A DNA stretch of 64,000 nucleotides, taken from positions 64,001 to 128,000 of the forward strand of contig CAVOVB010000005.1 in assembly GCA_963699755.1 (NCBI GenBank), given 5' to 3'. Positions 18,092 to 28,092 of this stretch are shown here, piece by piece. Numbering within the stretch: position 1 is the first letter of the stretch; each line of letters opens with the position of its first letter. Below the pieces are notes generated by a model. That model did not search any database. It saw nothing but the letters and a program-made list of their open reading frames with translations, and was not told where the DNA came from. The DNA is from an uncultured delta proteobacterium (GTDB lineage: Bacteria; Myxococcota_A; Polyangia; Polyangiales; Houyiibacteriaceae). A program made the position numbers and the translations under genes.

Positions 18092-20368
18092 TCAGGGCGC
18101 GGAGGTGACGGGGACCGTTGCGGTGTTCATGGGGATCGCCGCTGGCGCGGTCGAGGGCATGCCCGCTTCGGAGCTTGCCGGAGCAAGGTCCGCAGTCGTC
18201 GCCGGCAACGGTCCCATGGGATCCATCGGGTCGTTGGAGTCAGGCAAGAGCGTCGGCGCTTCGAGAGGCGCGTCGAAATCGAATGGCTTCACTCGAGGAG
18301 TCAAGTTGCCGAAGCGGTCGACGCTCACCCATGCGCCGTCAGGCATCACGTACGCGCCGGCATCGCGATCGTAGCGCGGAAGGGCGACCTCAATCGGCTC
18401 TTTGACTTGGCCGCGAACTCGACCTGGAAGGACTTCGACATACAAGGGCTCATCGAGGACGAACTCGTAGCCGCCCTTGTCGAACTCCATGAGGTACGTT
18501 TCGTCTTCGAATTCGAATTCGCGTCGATAGTTCATCGGCTCCTGGCCCAAGCGCTGATGCGGGCGGTGCTCGAGGACGAACGACATCAAGCGAACAGCGA
18601 TGTGGTTGTGCATGCGGTGACAGCCGTGCGAGTGACGACGCATGATGCTCATGTAGTCGACCGAGCCGTGCGTTCGAATGCCCTCGTCCCCTCCGAGCTG
18701 GATCGTCCCGTCGGCGCCGCGATAGTACTTGCGGTGGTATGCGGCCACCAAGCCGTACGCGGACGCGTAGCTCGGGCCCGTCGTATGATAGTCGACCTCG
18801 AAATAATCTTCGCCCCGCTTGCGTCGCTTCGTGACCATCGTGCGCGGCGGCGTGCTTTCAGGCGGCACCCAAACCGGCGCGGCGGAGATGACGCTCCATG
18901 CGCGCTTGCCGACCGGCGAACCCTTGTACTTCAACATCACGACCCCATCGATGTAATCGCTGCGCCAACCGCCAACGGTGGTACCAAAACGCGCGAGCGG
19001 GATCTTCTGACCGTTGTAGTTGACCTGAATCGTGAGTCGCGGCCGGCGGTTGACCGGCTGGGAGCGTCCCTTGCCCTCCTCGTCGAAGGGGAATTCGTAC
19101 CAGACGTCACCCCGATCGATTGAAACGCTCAGGTCCATGGCATCGCTGTAGTACGGGGGCCGCTCGATGCCTTGGATCGCGACGATGTTTTCGGCAGGGA
19201 TTTCACCTAGCGACTGCAGCCAAGCATACGTCGACTCGGGCGTCTGGAGCCCGAACGCCTCGATGACGCGCTCGCGAAGCTCTGCTTCGAAGTTTGGAAT
19301 CTGCAGCTCACGGCCGTCCTCGGCCTCGTAGGTTCGCGGCTCACCGTTGCTCAGAAACGAGGTGCTGCCGTCTTCGATCACCTCGGCGGCATGCATCGCT
19401 CGTTCGGTCAACACACGGATCACGGCTTCCCGCTCCGTCTCCTGCGGGGTCTCTCGCAAGACAGCCAGGGTGTCTTTGCCGATGAAGCCCCAACCGTAGA
19501 CGCGATGCCGACGCTCGAACTCGGCGAGCGCCTCGTGGGTGCGCCAATCGAATAGACCGGGGGTGTGCTGGCCGCGACCTTCGAAAAAGCCTTCGCACTC
19601 GAGTCGAGCCTGGGCAGCGATGATCGCCTCAATCTGGGGAGCAAGCGTTCTGTACTCCTCGACCTTCTCCCATTCGTCCTGGTCCGCGGTTTGAGCGCGA
19701 GTGACCTGATCGAGGCTTTCGACCTGGGCACGCTCGACGAGCGCGGCCATCTTCGGCTTCAGCAGCTGGTAGCGAGCAAGGCGACGCGCGGGGCGGCGGC
19801 CCTTCTCATATGCCAAAAACCCCTGGAACTCCTGAAGCGGCACCAGGTCGAGCTGCTCCGCGCATTCGAGCGCGCGGACCTCGGCGAAGCGCTGCCTCAT
19901 CAAGGTCACGGTCGGCAAGATGCCGTAAAGCTCCAAGTACTCGTCCTTCTTGGCGCGATACCCGTGGCGGTCGTCTGGAAACTCGCCGCGCGCCAGGGCT
20001 AAGTAGGTCGCACGGTATTCGCTGGGCTTGGGCTCCTCGTCGGCGGAAGAAGCCTCCGTGAGAATGTAGGGTGTCCAGTCTTCGCCCAGGTTCAGCAGAA
20101 GCTGACCTTCTTCGTCCGCCTTGGCGGCATCGACCTCGCCCTCGGTCTTGCCGTCCTTCCAGAACGCCACAGGAGCCTCGAGCGCCGCAGGCTGAGGGTC
20201 CCCCCTGCGAGCCGAAGGCGACGCGGGTTTGGCATCGCTCCCCATGGGAGCTGTGACAGGATCCTGCTTCGGTGTGCAGCCGCAAAAGACTAGACAGCCG
20301 AGGACAGGCAATAACCCCAGGCGCAAATGTACCACGACTCGAACACCTTGGAGCGGAACGGGGCGCAA
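18092..20368 (-). CDS. L,D-transpeptidase (YkuD) family lipoprotein with PG-binding-like region
   Basis: IRTHGS...HSHGCHRMHN catalytic motif; FDWRTHEALAEFE PG-binding-like helix; N-terminal Cys lipobox. Confidence 0.8.
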   Translation of the reverse strand: MRPVPLQGVRVVVHLRLGLLPVLGCLVFCGCTPKQDPVTAPMGSDAKPASPSARRGDPQPAALEAPVAFWKDGKTEGEVDAAKADEEGQLLLNLGEDWTPYILTEASSADEEPKPSEYRATYLALARGEFPDDRHGYRAKKDEYLELYGILPTVTLMRQRFAEVRALECAEQLDLVPLQEFQGFLAYEKGRRPARRLARYQLLKPKMAALVERAQVESLDQVTRAQTADQDEWEKVEEYRTLAPQIEAIIAAQARLECEGFFEGRGQHTPGLFDWRTHEALAEFERRHRVYGWGFIGKDTLAVLRETPQETEREAVIRVLTERAMHAAEVIEDGSTSFLSNGEPRTYEAEDGRELQIPNFEAELRERVIEAFGLQTPESTYAWLQSLGEIPAENIVAIQGIERPPYYSDAMDLSVSIDRGDVWYEFPFDEEGKGRSQPVNRRPRLTIQVNYNGQKIPLARFGTTVGGWRSDYIDGVVMLKYKGSPVGKRAWSVISAAPVWVPPESTPPRTMVTKRRKRGEDYFEVDYHTTGPSYASAYGLVAAYHRKYYRGADGTIQLGGDEGIRTHGSVDYMSIMRRHSHGCHRMHNHIAVRLMSFVLEHRPHQRLGQEPMNYRREFEFEDETYLMEFDKGGYEFVLDEPLYVEVLPGRVRGQVKEPIEVALPRYDRDAGAYVMPDGAWVSVDRFGNLTPRVKPFDFDAPLEAPTLLPDSNDPMDPMGPLPATTADLAPASSEAGMPSTAPAAIPMNTATVPVTSAP

Positions 20369-20475
20369 CGCAAGTTTCGCACTGGCCCGGCGGAGGCTCG
20401 GCCTTGCCGTTTTGTTGAGGACCCCCGCATGGGTGACTCATCCTTACAGTTCCCCACTTCGTACAGAGGCAGGCA

Positions 20476-22764
20476 ATGGGTAACCCGGGCACCGTCCCTT
20501 TTCTTCTGAATCAACTGAGACCGGTCGGAAAAGGCGGCGCGGCGCTGACTCGAGCGGCCGCGTCGATTGCGCTTTCCAGCGGCGAACCGCAGACACTTGT
20601 CGACATTCTGCATGGTCGTGCCTTCCGCTACTACGCCGAAGGGCTGCGTCAGTACCTCGCCATTCGAACCGGGTCCACCGAACGGGCCGATCAGTACCTC
20701 ACCAAGCTTCGCGCCTACGTCGCCAAGACCGAGAGCGATGAGCTCCTCCAGGAGCCCGGTGTTCGTGCCCGACTGTACCGAGCCGCACGCGGATACGTGC
20801 ACGACCAGAGCCGCCCCCAAGACGCTCCTCGCAAAGAAGTCCTCGAAGGACTGCCTTGGCGCGCCCTTCCATCCGCGCATCACTCGGCCAGCCCACTCAA
20901 CGGCCTGCGCTTCGACCTCAGCGCCGAAGATTCGGAGCTTCTGGAGCTCCGCCATGCGCGTGAGCTCAGCATCGAAGAGCTGGCGTTCGTGTATGGCAAG
21001 ACGTCAAAAGAGATAGAAGCGAACCTCGATGCCGCGATGGCACAGGCACAGCTCATTCTCGACGAGCACGGCATCTGCGACGCCGGTCGCTTTGGCCGTA
21101 TCATCATCGAAGCATTCGCTCTCGAAGCGGCGCCCAGAACGCGGGGTGAAGAGAACGAAAGCGTCGAGCCTCTGCCCAACGGAACGATTGTCGGCGGTCG
21201 ATACTCCATCGAGGCGCGGGTAGGACTCGGCGCGTTTGGCGACGTGTATCGAGCCAAAGACACCGAAGTGCCGGGCCACGTCGTCGCACTGAAGCTGTTG
21301 CACCACCCGGCGCACTCGAAGTCGGCCAAGCAATCAGCGCTTCGGGAGCTCCGCCTCATCGCCTCGGTGTTCCACCCATCGATCGTGCAGTTCAAAGACC
21401 ACGGCTGGTTCGAGGAGCGGCTTTGGTTCGTCATGCCCTGGTACGACGGCGAGACCCTCGAGTCGCGCCTGCAACGCGAACCGCTGAGTCGCGCCGAGGC
21501 GCTCTCGATCTTTCGGCCGCTCGCCCGTGCGCTCGGCGCGATGCACGCTGCAGGTGTGCGTCACCAAGACGTGAAGCCGGAAAACATCTTCCTCGCACGG
21601 ATTCCCGGTTTCGGCCAAGAGGAAGTCACGCCCGTGCTTCTCGATCTCGGTGTCGCCGCGACCGAAGCGGAGATGGTAGTGGCTGGAACGCCGACCTACT
21701 TCGCGCCCGAGGTAGCCGCGCAGTTCGCGTCGGTCGAAAGCAAGCCGGCGGTCAGCAACAAAGCGGACGTCTTCGCGCTGGCTCTCTCGCTCCGAAACGC
21801 TCTCGAGCCCGAGACACAAGAGGATGTTGCTGCAGGTGCAGTCGAAACGTTCATCGAATACCGAGCGAAGGAGACCCCCTGTGCGCCGAGCCGCAAAGGG
21901 CTCAAGTACCTCGGACCTTTCTTCAATCGTTGGCTGAGCCCGGATGCGACCGAGCGGCCCACGGCCGAGGAGTTTGCCGAAGAGCTCTCCGCCCTATCGC
22001 TTCCCGAAGAGCGACGCGAGCGGGTCAAGACCATCTTGCGTTGGACGATTCCGATGGCGCTCGCCCTGCTCGGGGCGTCGGGCGCGGCCGTGACCGTTTT
22101 CTATCAGAAAGCGGAAACCCAGCGCGAAGTTGCGCAGCAGGCAAAGCTGACCGCCTCCGACCTTCGCCGGGATCTCGCAGACACGCGTGAGATCGCCGAA
22201 CAGCTGGAGCTCCGCTACGAGCAAAGCAGGCTGACGCGAACGGAGCTGGCCAAGCGCCTCGCGCGCACGGACGGCAAGGTCGCTGCCCTGAAGACGCAGC
22301 TCAAAGACCAGGAGCGACGTCTCGCGCGGACCCGCGAACAGCTCGCCCAGAACCGGCAAGAGAAGGCCACTATCGAGCAGCACCTCGCGGAAACCGAACG
22401 AGACCTCTCGGCGACCGAACGAACGCTTGCAGCATCGAACCAGAAGCTCGCCTCGATCAAGCAGGCGCTGGTCGCGGAGGAAGAAAGGGGTGAGCGTCTC
22501 GAGCGCAAGCTCGATCGCGAAGCTGAGCGGAGGTTGGAGCTGCAAGGTGAAATCGCTGCGCTCGACGCACGGCTGAGCGCCGAGGCGTCGAAGACCGAAG
22601 AGCTTCAAGACGCGGTCGCACGCGCCGTGTCCGCGCGTAGCCGCGCCGAGCTCGAGCTCGAGTTTGCCCAAGAAGAGCTCGAGGCCCTCCGCAATCGCTC
22701 GGTGCCGCACGCGCCCGAGTCAGAATCAGCCCCTTCGGGCGACGAGTCGACTCCAGGCAGCTGA
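20476..22764 (+). CDS. Ser/Thr protein kinase with N-terminal sigma70 region-4-like domain, TM helix and C-terminal coiled coil
   Basis: GLGAFGDVY, VALK, HQDVKPEN, DLG, GTPTYFAPE; LSAEDSELLELRHARELSIEELAFVYG upstream. Confidence 0.85.
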   Translation: MGNPGTVPFLLNQLRPVGKGGAALTRAAASIALSSGEPQTLVDILHGRAFRYYAEGLRQYLAIRTGSTERADQYLTKLRAYVAKTESDELLQEPGVRARLYRAARGYVHDQSRPQDAPRKEVLEGLPWRALPSAHHSASPLNGLRFDLSAEDSELLELRHARELSIEELAFVYGKTSKEIEANLDAAMAQAQLILDEHGICDAGRFGRIIIEAFALEAAPRTRGEENESVEPLPNGTIVGGRYSIEARVGLGAFGDVYRAKDTEVPGHVVALKLLHHPAHSKSAKQSALRELRLIASVFHPSIVQFKDHGWFEERLWFVMPWYDGETLESRLQREPLSRAEALSIFRPLARALGAMHAAGVRHQDVKPENIFLARIPGFGQEEVTPVLLDLGVAATEAEMVVAGTPTYFAPEVAAQFASVESKPAVSNKADVFALALSLRNALEPETQEDVAAGAVETFIEYRAKETPCAPSRKGLKYLGPFFNRWLSPDATERPTAEEFAEELSALSLPEERRERVKTILRWTIPMALALLGASGAAVTVFYQKAETQREVAQQAKLTASDLRRDLADTREIAEQLELRYEQSRLTRTELAKRLARTDGKVAALKTQLKDQERRLARTREQLAQNRQEKATIEQHLAETERDLSATERTLAASNQKLASIKQALVAEEERGERLERKLDREAERRLELQGEIAALDARLSAEASKTEELQDAVARAVSARSRAELELEFAQEELEALRNRSVPHAPESESAPSGDESTPGS

Positions 22765-22770
22765 GCGCTG

Positions 22771-23304
22771 GTGGCTCATCCTCTCCAAACGATCGAGCCG
22801 CGTCTTCTTGGCTCTGTGACGATCCGGCTGGGCTTCCTGCTCGCGCTCGCAACGGGGCTGATGATGCTCGTGGACGTCCCGCTCCAGGGGGAGGCCTCGC
22901 CCCAAGGCATCGTTTCGTTCGAGCTTGCTGGCGCGCCACGGCAAGCGCTTCGTATCTTGCTCGACTGGAAGAGCCGGAACGCGCTGGGGTACGCAACACT
23001 CAGCCTAGTCGTCGACTTCGTGTACTTGGTGATCTACGGCTTGTTCTTCGCGTCGCTCGCGCTCTGGGTGGGCAGCCGCCTCGATGAACTGATATGGAGT
23101 GTGCGCGCCGCATGGGCAGCGTTTTTCGCAGCCGCATTCGACGCCCTCGAAAACGGCGTCCTCTTGTACCAGGTGAATCGCTTCACCTCCCCTACCCCGT
23201 TTCCGCAAGTCGCCGCTGCCTTGGCCGCAGTCAAGTTCGCGCTTCTGATCGTGTCCGCCTCGTACGCGGCGATTGGCGGAGTCGCTCTGCTACGGCGGCG
23301 CTAG
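22771..23304 (+). CDS. Membrane protein
   Basis: Four TM segments, GIVSFELA and FDALEN motifs. Confidence 0.7.
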   Translation: MAHPLQTIEPRLLGSVTIRLGFLLALATGLMMLVDVPLQGEASPQGIVSFELAGAPRQALRILLDWKSRNALGYATLSLVVDFVYLVIYGLFFASLALWVGSRLDELIWSVRAAWAAFFAAAFDALENGVLLYQVNRFTSPTPFPQVAAALAAVKFALLIVSASYAAIGGVALLRRR

Positions 23305-23477
23305 CGGCGGCCCTTGTAGCCCATCATGTCTTGGACCACGGTCTCGCTCAGCTCGGCGATCTCCGCGTCTTCGGCGATTCGCTCGGCGCAATCTTCACAG
23401 ACTTTGATGCGGCGTCCGTCTGCCTTGACGGAAACCAGCTCATCGACCTCGTCTTTGCACGATCGGCATGTTGGCAT
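23301..23477 (-). CDS. 58-aa Zn-ribbon-like small protein (below the ORF-track cutoff)
   Basis: MPTCRSCKDEVDELVSVKADGRRIKVCEDCAERIAEDAEIAELSETVVQDMMGYKGRR*; two CxxC motifs; starts 6 nt after the upstream stop. Confidence 0.75.
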   Translation of the reverse strand: MPTCRSCKDEVDELVSVKADGRRIKVCEDCAERIAEDAEIAELSETVVQDMMGYKGRR

Positions 23478-23483
23478 GGCGCG

Positions 23484-24170
23484 CTACCTGGCCCGCGGAA
23501 GGAAGCGACTCATCCCGGGCAGCAAAACGTTCTGACGAACGGACCGAACGGCACCACCCAAGCCCGTTGGGAGCGCGCGGAAGGCGATGTCGAGGTGCTT
23601 CTTGTCGGTTTCGAGACCGTGCAGCGTCACGAAGGAAGTCAGCAAGGAGACGGCTCGCCGCACGAGCGGGTTTTTGCCAATCTTCGGATCGCGCATCAGA
23701 TCGAGAACGATCCGGTTGCCTTTGGCCTCGGACAATACCGGAGAACGGCCCGGCATGAAGTTCACCAGCGTGCCCGGATTCGAAAGGTCCAACGCGCCAG
23801 ATTTGATCAAGGCCGCAATCGGCGACTCGGACTCACCATTGAGCTTGAGCTCCACCTCTTCGAGGCGGAGCGCAACGGTGAGCTCCTCGTCGTTGAACAC
23901 CACGCGCTCCACGAAGATGATTGCACCGGCGCGAATAGGCGTGTTCATCAGGTCGAGATTGCCAGAGACTCGAAGGCCCGGCGGGACCGAGTCGATCTGA
24001 AAGTCCTCGACCTTCCCGCTGCGCTCCGCCTGTTGACCGAGCCAGCGAAGGGCCGCAAGGGGGACTCCAAAACGGAGGCCCAGTGCGCTGCGAACGGCGC
24101 GTCCGAGCTCCTCGGGGTGCGTGCGCAGATACGAACGAAGGGCGTCGACTGTTTCTTGGGGTGTAACCAT
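23484..24170 (-). CDS. Hypothetical protein
   Basis: 228-aa ORF with strong GC3 bias, in an operon-like arrangement. Confidence 0.7.
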   Translation of the reverse strand: MVTPQETVDALRSYLRTHPEELGRAVRSALGLRFGVPLAALRWLGQQAERSGKVEDFQIDSVPPGLRVSGNLDLMNTPIRAGAIIFVERVVFNDEELTVALRLEEVELKLNGESESPIAALIKSGALDLSNPGTLVNFMPGRSPVLSEAKGNRIVLDLMRDPKIGKNPLVRRAVSLLTSFVTLHGLETDKKHLDIAFRALPTGLGGAVRSVRQNVLLPGMSRFLPRAR

Positions 24171-24230
24171 GCTCGAGGGAGTCTAGTGTTCGGACCGCCC
24201 GGCGTAAACGGTCAATTCGCCGGCTCCGGG

Positions 24231-24992
24231 CTACTGGTCGAGCATGATGGTCGTTGGGTCGCAAAAACCGCGGCCGTCTCCCAAATCGGTGCACAAGGGC
24301 TTGATGTTGTTCACTTGCGGGCAGTCATTGAGCTCGGTCGGGTCGCAGAGCCGCTGGCAGGTCGGACCGTTCCTGCCCTCTCCTTTGCAGGTCGCTCCGG
24401 GGATACACACACACACGCCACCAAGGACGCAATCGAGGCTGACGTCGCAGAGGAATTGGAAATCCCGAGGGACGTAGTCCGGATTCTCGAGCTGTCCGGG
24501 AAGGCAAAGCCAGAGCTCCTCGCCGGCGCCGCCCGCACCTCCCTCACCGCCTTCGCCTCCTGCACCGCCAGCGCCTACCATGCCGCTGGCACCTGCCATG
24601 CCGCCCGCGCCACCCGCGCCTGCCGCGCCGCCCGCGCCTGCCGAGCCACCCGCGCCAGCCATGCCGCCCGCGCCTCCGCCGCCGCCAACGCCACCAGTTC
24701 CGCTTTCACCACCCATGCCGCCGCTCCCACCCATGCCGCCAACACCGTTGGGCAGCTCTTCGGACCGGAGGCAAGATGCACCGCTCGCGCAGAGAACCGT
24801 CTCGCGACTGCATGTCTTCATGCAGTACTTTCCGTAGACCGTTTCGGCGCAGATCGAGCCATCGCGACACGCGGACGACTCGAAGCACGCGTTGCCATCG
24901 TTGATCGGCTTCGCGCAGGCGAGCGCGAGCGTCGTCGACAAAGCAAAGGGCATGAGGAACGCTCGGGAGGTCATCGAGTCCGTATGTAGCAA
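24231..24992 (-). CDS. Cys-rich lipoprotein with long Gly/Ala linker
   Basis: Lipobox LALAC; two Cys clusters separated by GGAG repeats. Confidence 0.75.
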   Translation of the reverse strand: MLHTDSMTSRAFLMPFALSTTLALACAKPINDGNACFESSACRDGSICAETVYGKYCMKTCSRETVLCASGASCLRSEELPNGVGGMGGSGGMGGESGTGGVGGGGGAGGMAGAGGSAGAGGAAGAGGAGGMAGASGMVGAGGAGGEGGEGGAGGAGEELWLCLPGQLENPDYVPRDFQFLCDVSLDCVLGGVCVCIPGATCKGEGRNGPTCQRLCDPTELNDCPQVNNIKPLCTDLGDGRGFCDPTTIMLDQ

Positions 24993-25034
24993 GAGAGGGG
25001 CGAGCGGGCGATTTTTGTACAGTAGAGGGGGTTC

Positions 25035-28016
25035 TTAAGCGCCGCCGCCGGCCTCATCCCGGGACACGGCACGGTATTGCTGAGCCTCTTCGTCGTAGAC
25101 GAATAGCTCGGCGCCCTCTCCGAGGGAGTCCCTTTCGAGGGCCGATTTGTCGGGCCGAAATCCGTCCGTCATCGGAATACGCTCGATCCGCTTGACCCAG
25201 TGAGGGCGTTCGCTTGGATCCAAGCCTGCGGCAAAGGCGTTCCAGGCCGGCAGATCCAGGCACTGGTTGTCATCGGTCACGATGACCGCGACAGCCTGAT
25301 CGATCCCGTCGTGATCCATTCCGTAGACCACTGTGTGACGCAGTGCTTTGAAGCCGTAGAGGGAATCCTCGATCGAGCGGGTTGCGACGGTGCCCGACCC
25401 GGTTCGCAGCATGCGGCTGGCGCGGTCGACAAACCAGAAGTCACCGTCCTGGTCGCGACGCAAGACATCCCAGGTGATGAACCAGGTATCGTCCGCCTCG
25501 AAAACTCCTTCGAGCAAGCGCTGACCAGCCTCGTCGCCCGCCGTGAAGCTGGCGAGGGGGTGGTCCGCGTCCAGCCGCGCGAGGAGGATACCCGGGTCAC
25601 CCACTTTGGAGCGAAGCAGTAGGCCGTGTTCGTCGCGACGGAACTCATCGGCATCGAAGTCGTAGCTCACCAGCTCGACGTCGGCGCTGCCGGGCATCGG
25701 ACGACCGAGCGCGCCCACCTTCTCGCCCGACGCGTTTGCGAGGACCGCGTTGCCTTCGGTGGCTGCATAGAATTCGAGAACGCCCACCGGACCGAATCGA
25801 TCGACGATGCGCAGCCAGACGTCACGCCGCAGGCCGCTACCGGCAAAGAGCCGGACTGGATTGTCGCGGTCTGAAGCCGAGGGTTCAGCTCGCAATAGCT
25901 CGCGCAACATCTCGCCAGCGTAGAAGACGACCGTTGCGCCGTATCGACGCACGTCGTCCCAAAACACGTCGGGGTCGAACACGGTTGCGAGCGCGAGGCG
26001 GGAACCACCCACCAGGCTTCCGCCCACCGTCACCAACATGCCTGCCGGATGGTGTAAGGGCAGACAGCAATACACGGTGTCGCGTGGAGACAGGGTGCAA
26101 GCGGCCGCGGCGCCGTAGGCCGAGAATGCCCAACGCTGATTGGTGATCTTCGCCGCGCGTGGCTTCTTGCCGCGCCCGGCCGTAAGGATGATCATGCCCA
26201 GGTCGCGTGCACGGCCTGGATTGGGCTCGTACCAACCGGGAAGCTCCACCGCGTCGGGGTCGATGCGCTCCATGTCGGTCACGCCCGAAGGGAGCGAGCG
26301 TTCTTCGCCAACGCCGCCGAGGACGAGAACCTCATCGAAAAGCTCTTTGCCCAAGGCCGCGTTCTCCGGGTCCGTGACGAGGAAACGCGGTGCAGAGCCA
26401 TGGATCGCCTCTTCGAGGATGGCCCGCGAACGGCTCGGGCTCAGCAGAATCGCCACTGCGCCTAGGCGGCTCAACGCCGCGGTCATCGAAAGGTAGCTAG
26501 GACGCGGCCCCATCAAGACCGCAACCAACTCGCCACGGCGAACACCGCAACGAATCAAGCCTCGAACGACGTTGTCGACGCGACGGTCGGCTTGCGCGTA
26601 CGAAAGCGCGCGGCCCTCCCAGAGGAAGAAGGTGCCCTCGGGATTGGAGTGCGCTTGCTCCGAAAGCGCGAGGCCCAAGCTCACCCTGGTGTCTGGCTGC
26701 ATGTGTTGAAGGACGCTGAGGCGCGGGACTTGCCAACGTAGGCTGTCGAGTTGCTCGCCGAGGTCGGCGGCTGAGCGCCCAAGGCGTTGCCACCAAGCGC
26801 CGACCGTACCGAGGATGGTTCGATAGAAGAGCTCGATGTCGAAGTCGACCTCGTCGAAGCTCGCTTCTTCCGGCTCTTCGAGTGGTGCGGGCGCTTGCAG
26901 GACGGCTGGTTCGGGGCCGAGGCCCTCGCGCCAGCGCACCCAGCTCGAAACGGTCGGCCAGGTGAACGACATGGCCTGCCTTCCGACGACGAGGCCGAAA
27001 TGCCCTGCTCGCATCGACACTTCGAAGAGCTCGGCGTTGGGGGCCGCGCCGCGAATGGCTCGGATCGCAGACGCGTTTGCAATCGAATCGCGCTCGCCTA
27101 CGAAGAACAGAACGGGGCAGCGGATGTCCGCGAGGGTGACCGTGCGGCCGTCGACGACGAAACCACCCGAGAGCATCCGGTTGTGAACGACGAACTCGTC
27201 GATGAATTTCTTGAGCGCGGGACCGGGCCAAGCGACGAAGCCTTCACCACCGAGGAACCGTCTTCGAGCCTCGCGTTTCTCGAGAGCCTGCCGATCGTGC
27301 AGCTTCCGAACGAAGTCGATGAGCTGTCCAACTTCCTTGTGAACCGCGAGCAACTTGAAGCCGGTGCTCGTCAGAACGCCGGGCAGGCCTTCGAGCTTGT
27401 CCAAGGGCGCATCGAGGGCGCCTTGTGCGAGCTCGAACACGCGGCCTGCAATGCTGTCCCTGATCAGCGGAATGTTCCGATGAATGTCGACCGGGCTTCC
27501 GAAGGTCACGAGGGACGCGATTCCCTTGGACTCTCGATAGGCGGCCGTTTGATACGCAAACATCCCGCCCTGCGAGTACCCGACGAGGTGCACGTCGTGA
27601 CCGGTTGCCTCGTGCACCCAGTCGATCGAATCGCTGACCGCTTTGATGTGGTCGTCGAGAGTGCGTTTCATGCCCCCTGCTTCTTGCTCTGGGGATCCGA
27701 AGTCGATGACCCAAACGTCGAGCCCTCGCCCTGTCAGCGCATGGACCCCGCTGATGTCCGGCGCGACGTCGTAGATCTCGGCGGTGACCATGAGCGGTGG
27801 GATCAGCAGCAGCGGCGCGGCGACGGCTGGCCGATAGTCGTCGCCCCCGTATCGGCGCAGGCGAGCGATGGCCGTCTGATGGACCACCCTGTACGGTGCG
27901 TGCTCCGGATCGGTGAAATGCCCGAGCTTCGCGAGCTCCAGCGCGTTCTCGGTAGCCATTGCGATGCGGCGAAAAGGCCCTCGCCAGCCTGGTTTTCGGC
28001 CTGTCCCTGCCATCAT
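25035..28016 (-). CDS. Bifunctional PhaC-like alpha/beta hydrolase + FATP-type acyl-CoA synthetase (Rv1683-like)
   Basis: GYSQGG nucleophile elbow, GERD, AGHFG; C-terminal AMP-binding YCCLPLHH, EFYAATEGN, GDFWFVDR. Confidence 0.85.
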   Translation of the reverse strand: MMAGTGRKPGWRGPFRRIAMATENALELAKLGHFTDPEHAPYRVVHQTAIARLRRYGGDDYRPAVAAPLLLIPPLMVTAEIYDVAPDISGVHALTGRGLDVWVIDFGSPEQEAGGMKRTLDDHIKAVSDSIDWVHEATGHDVHLVGYSQGGMFAYQTAAYRESKGIASLVTFGSPVDIHRNIPLIRDSIAGRVFELAQGALDAPLDKLEGLPGVLTSTGFKLLAVHKEVGQLIDFVRKLHDRQALEKREARRRFLGGEGFVAWPGPALKKFIDEFVVHNRMLSGGFVVDGRTVTLADIRCPVLFFVGERDSIANASAIRAIRGAAPNAELFEVSMRAGHFGLVVGRQAMSFTWPTVSSWVRWREGLGPEPAVLQAPAPLEEPEEASFDEVDFDIELFYRTILGTVGAWWQRLGRSAADLGEQLDSLRWQVPRLSVLQHMQPDTRVSLGLALSEQAHSNPEGTFFLWEGRALSYAQADRRVDNVVRGLIRCGVRRGELVAVLMGPRPSYLSMTAALSRLGAVAILLSPSRSRAILEEAIHGSAPRFLVTDPENAALGKELFDEVLVLGGVGEERSLPSGVTDMERIDPDAVELPGWYEPNPGRARDLGMIILTAGRGKKPRAAKITNQRWAFSAYGAAAACTLSPRDTVYCCLPLHHPAGMLVTVGGSLVGGSRLALATVFDPDVFWDDVRRYGATVVFYAGEMLRELLRAEPSASDRDNPVRLFAGSGLRRDVWLRIVDRFGPVGVLEFYAATEGNAVLANASGEKVGALGRPMPGSADVELVSYDFDADEFRRDEHGLLLRSKVGDPGILLARLDADHPLASFTAGDEAGQRLLEGVFEADDTWFITWDVLRRDQDGDFWFVDRASRMLRTGSGTVATRSIEDSLYGFKALRHTVVYGMDHDGIDQAVAVIVTDDNQCLDLPAWNAFAAGLDPSERPHWVKRIERIPMTDGFRPDKSALERDSLGEGAELFVYDEEAQQYRAVSRDEAGGGA

Positions 28017-28092
28017 CCGAACCGTGACCCTAGCACCATGAGAGGGGGAATTGGAGCCGGTAGCCCAAGCGTGTCACAACCGCCCTCGCTCA

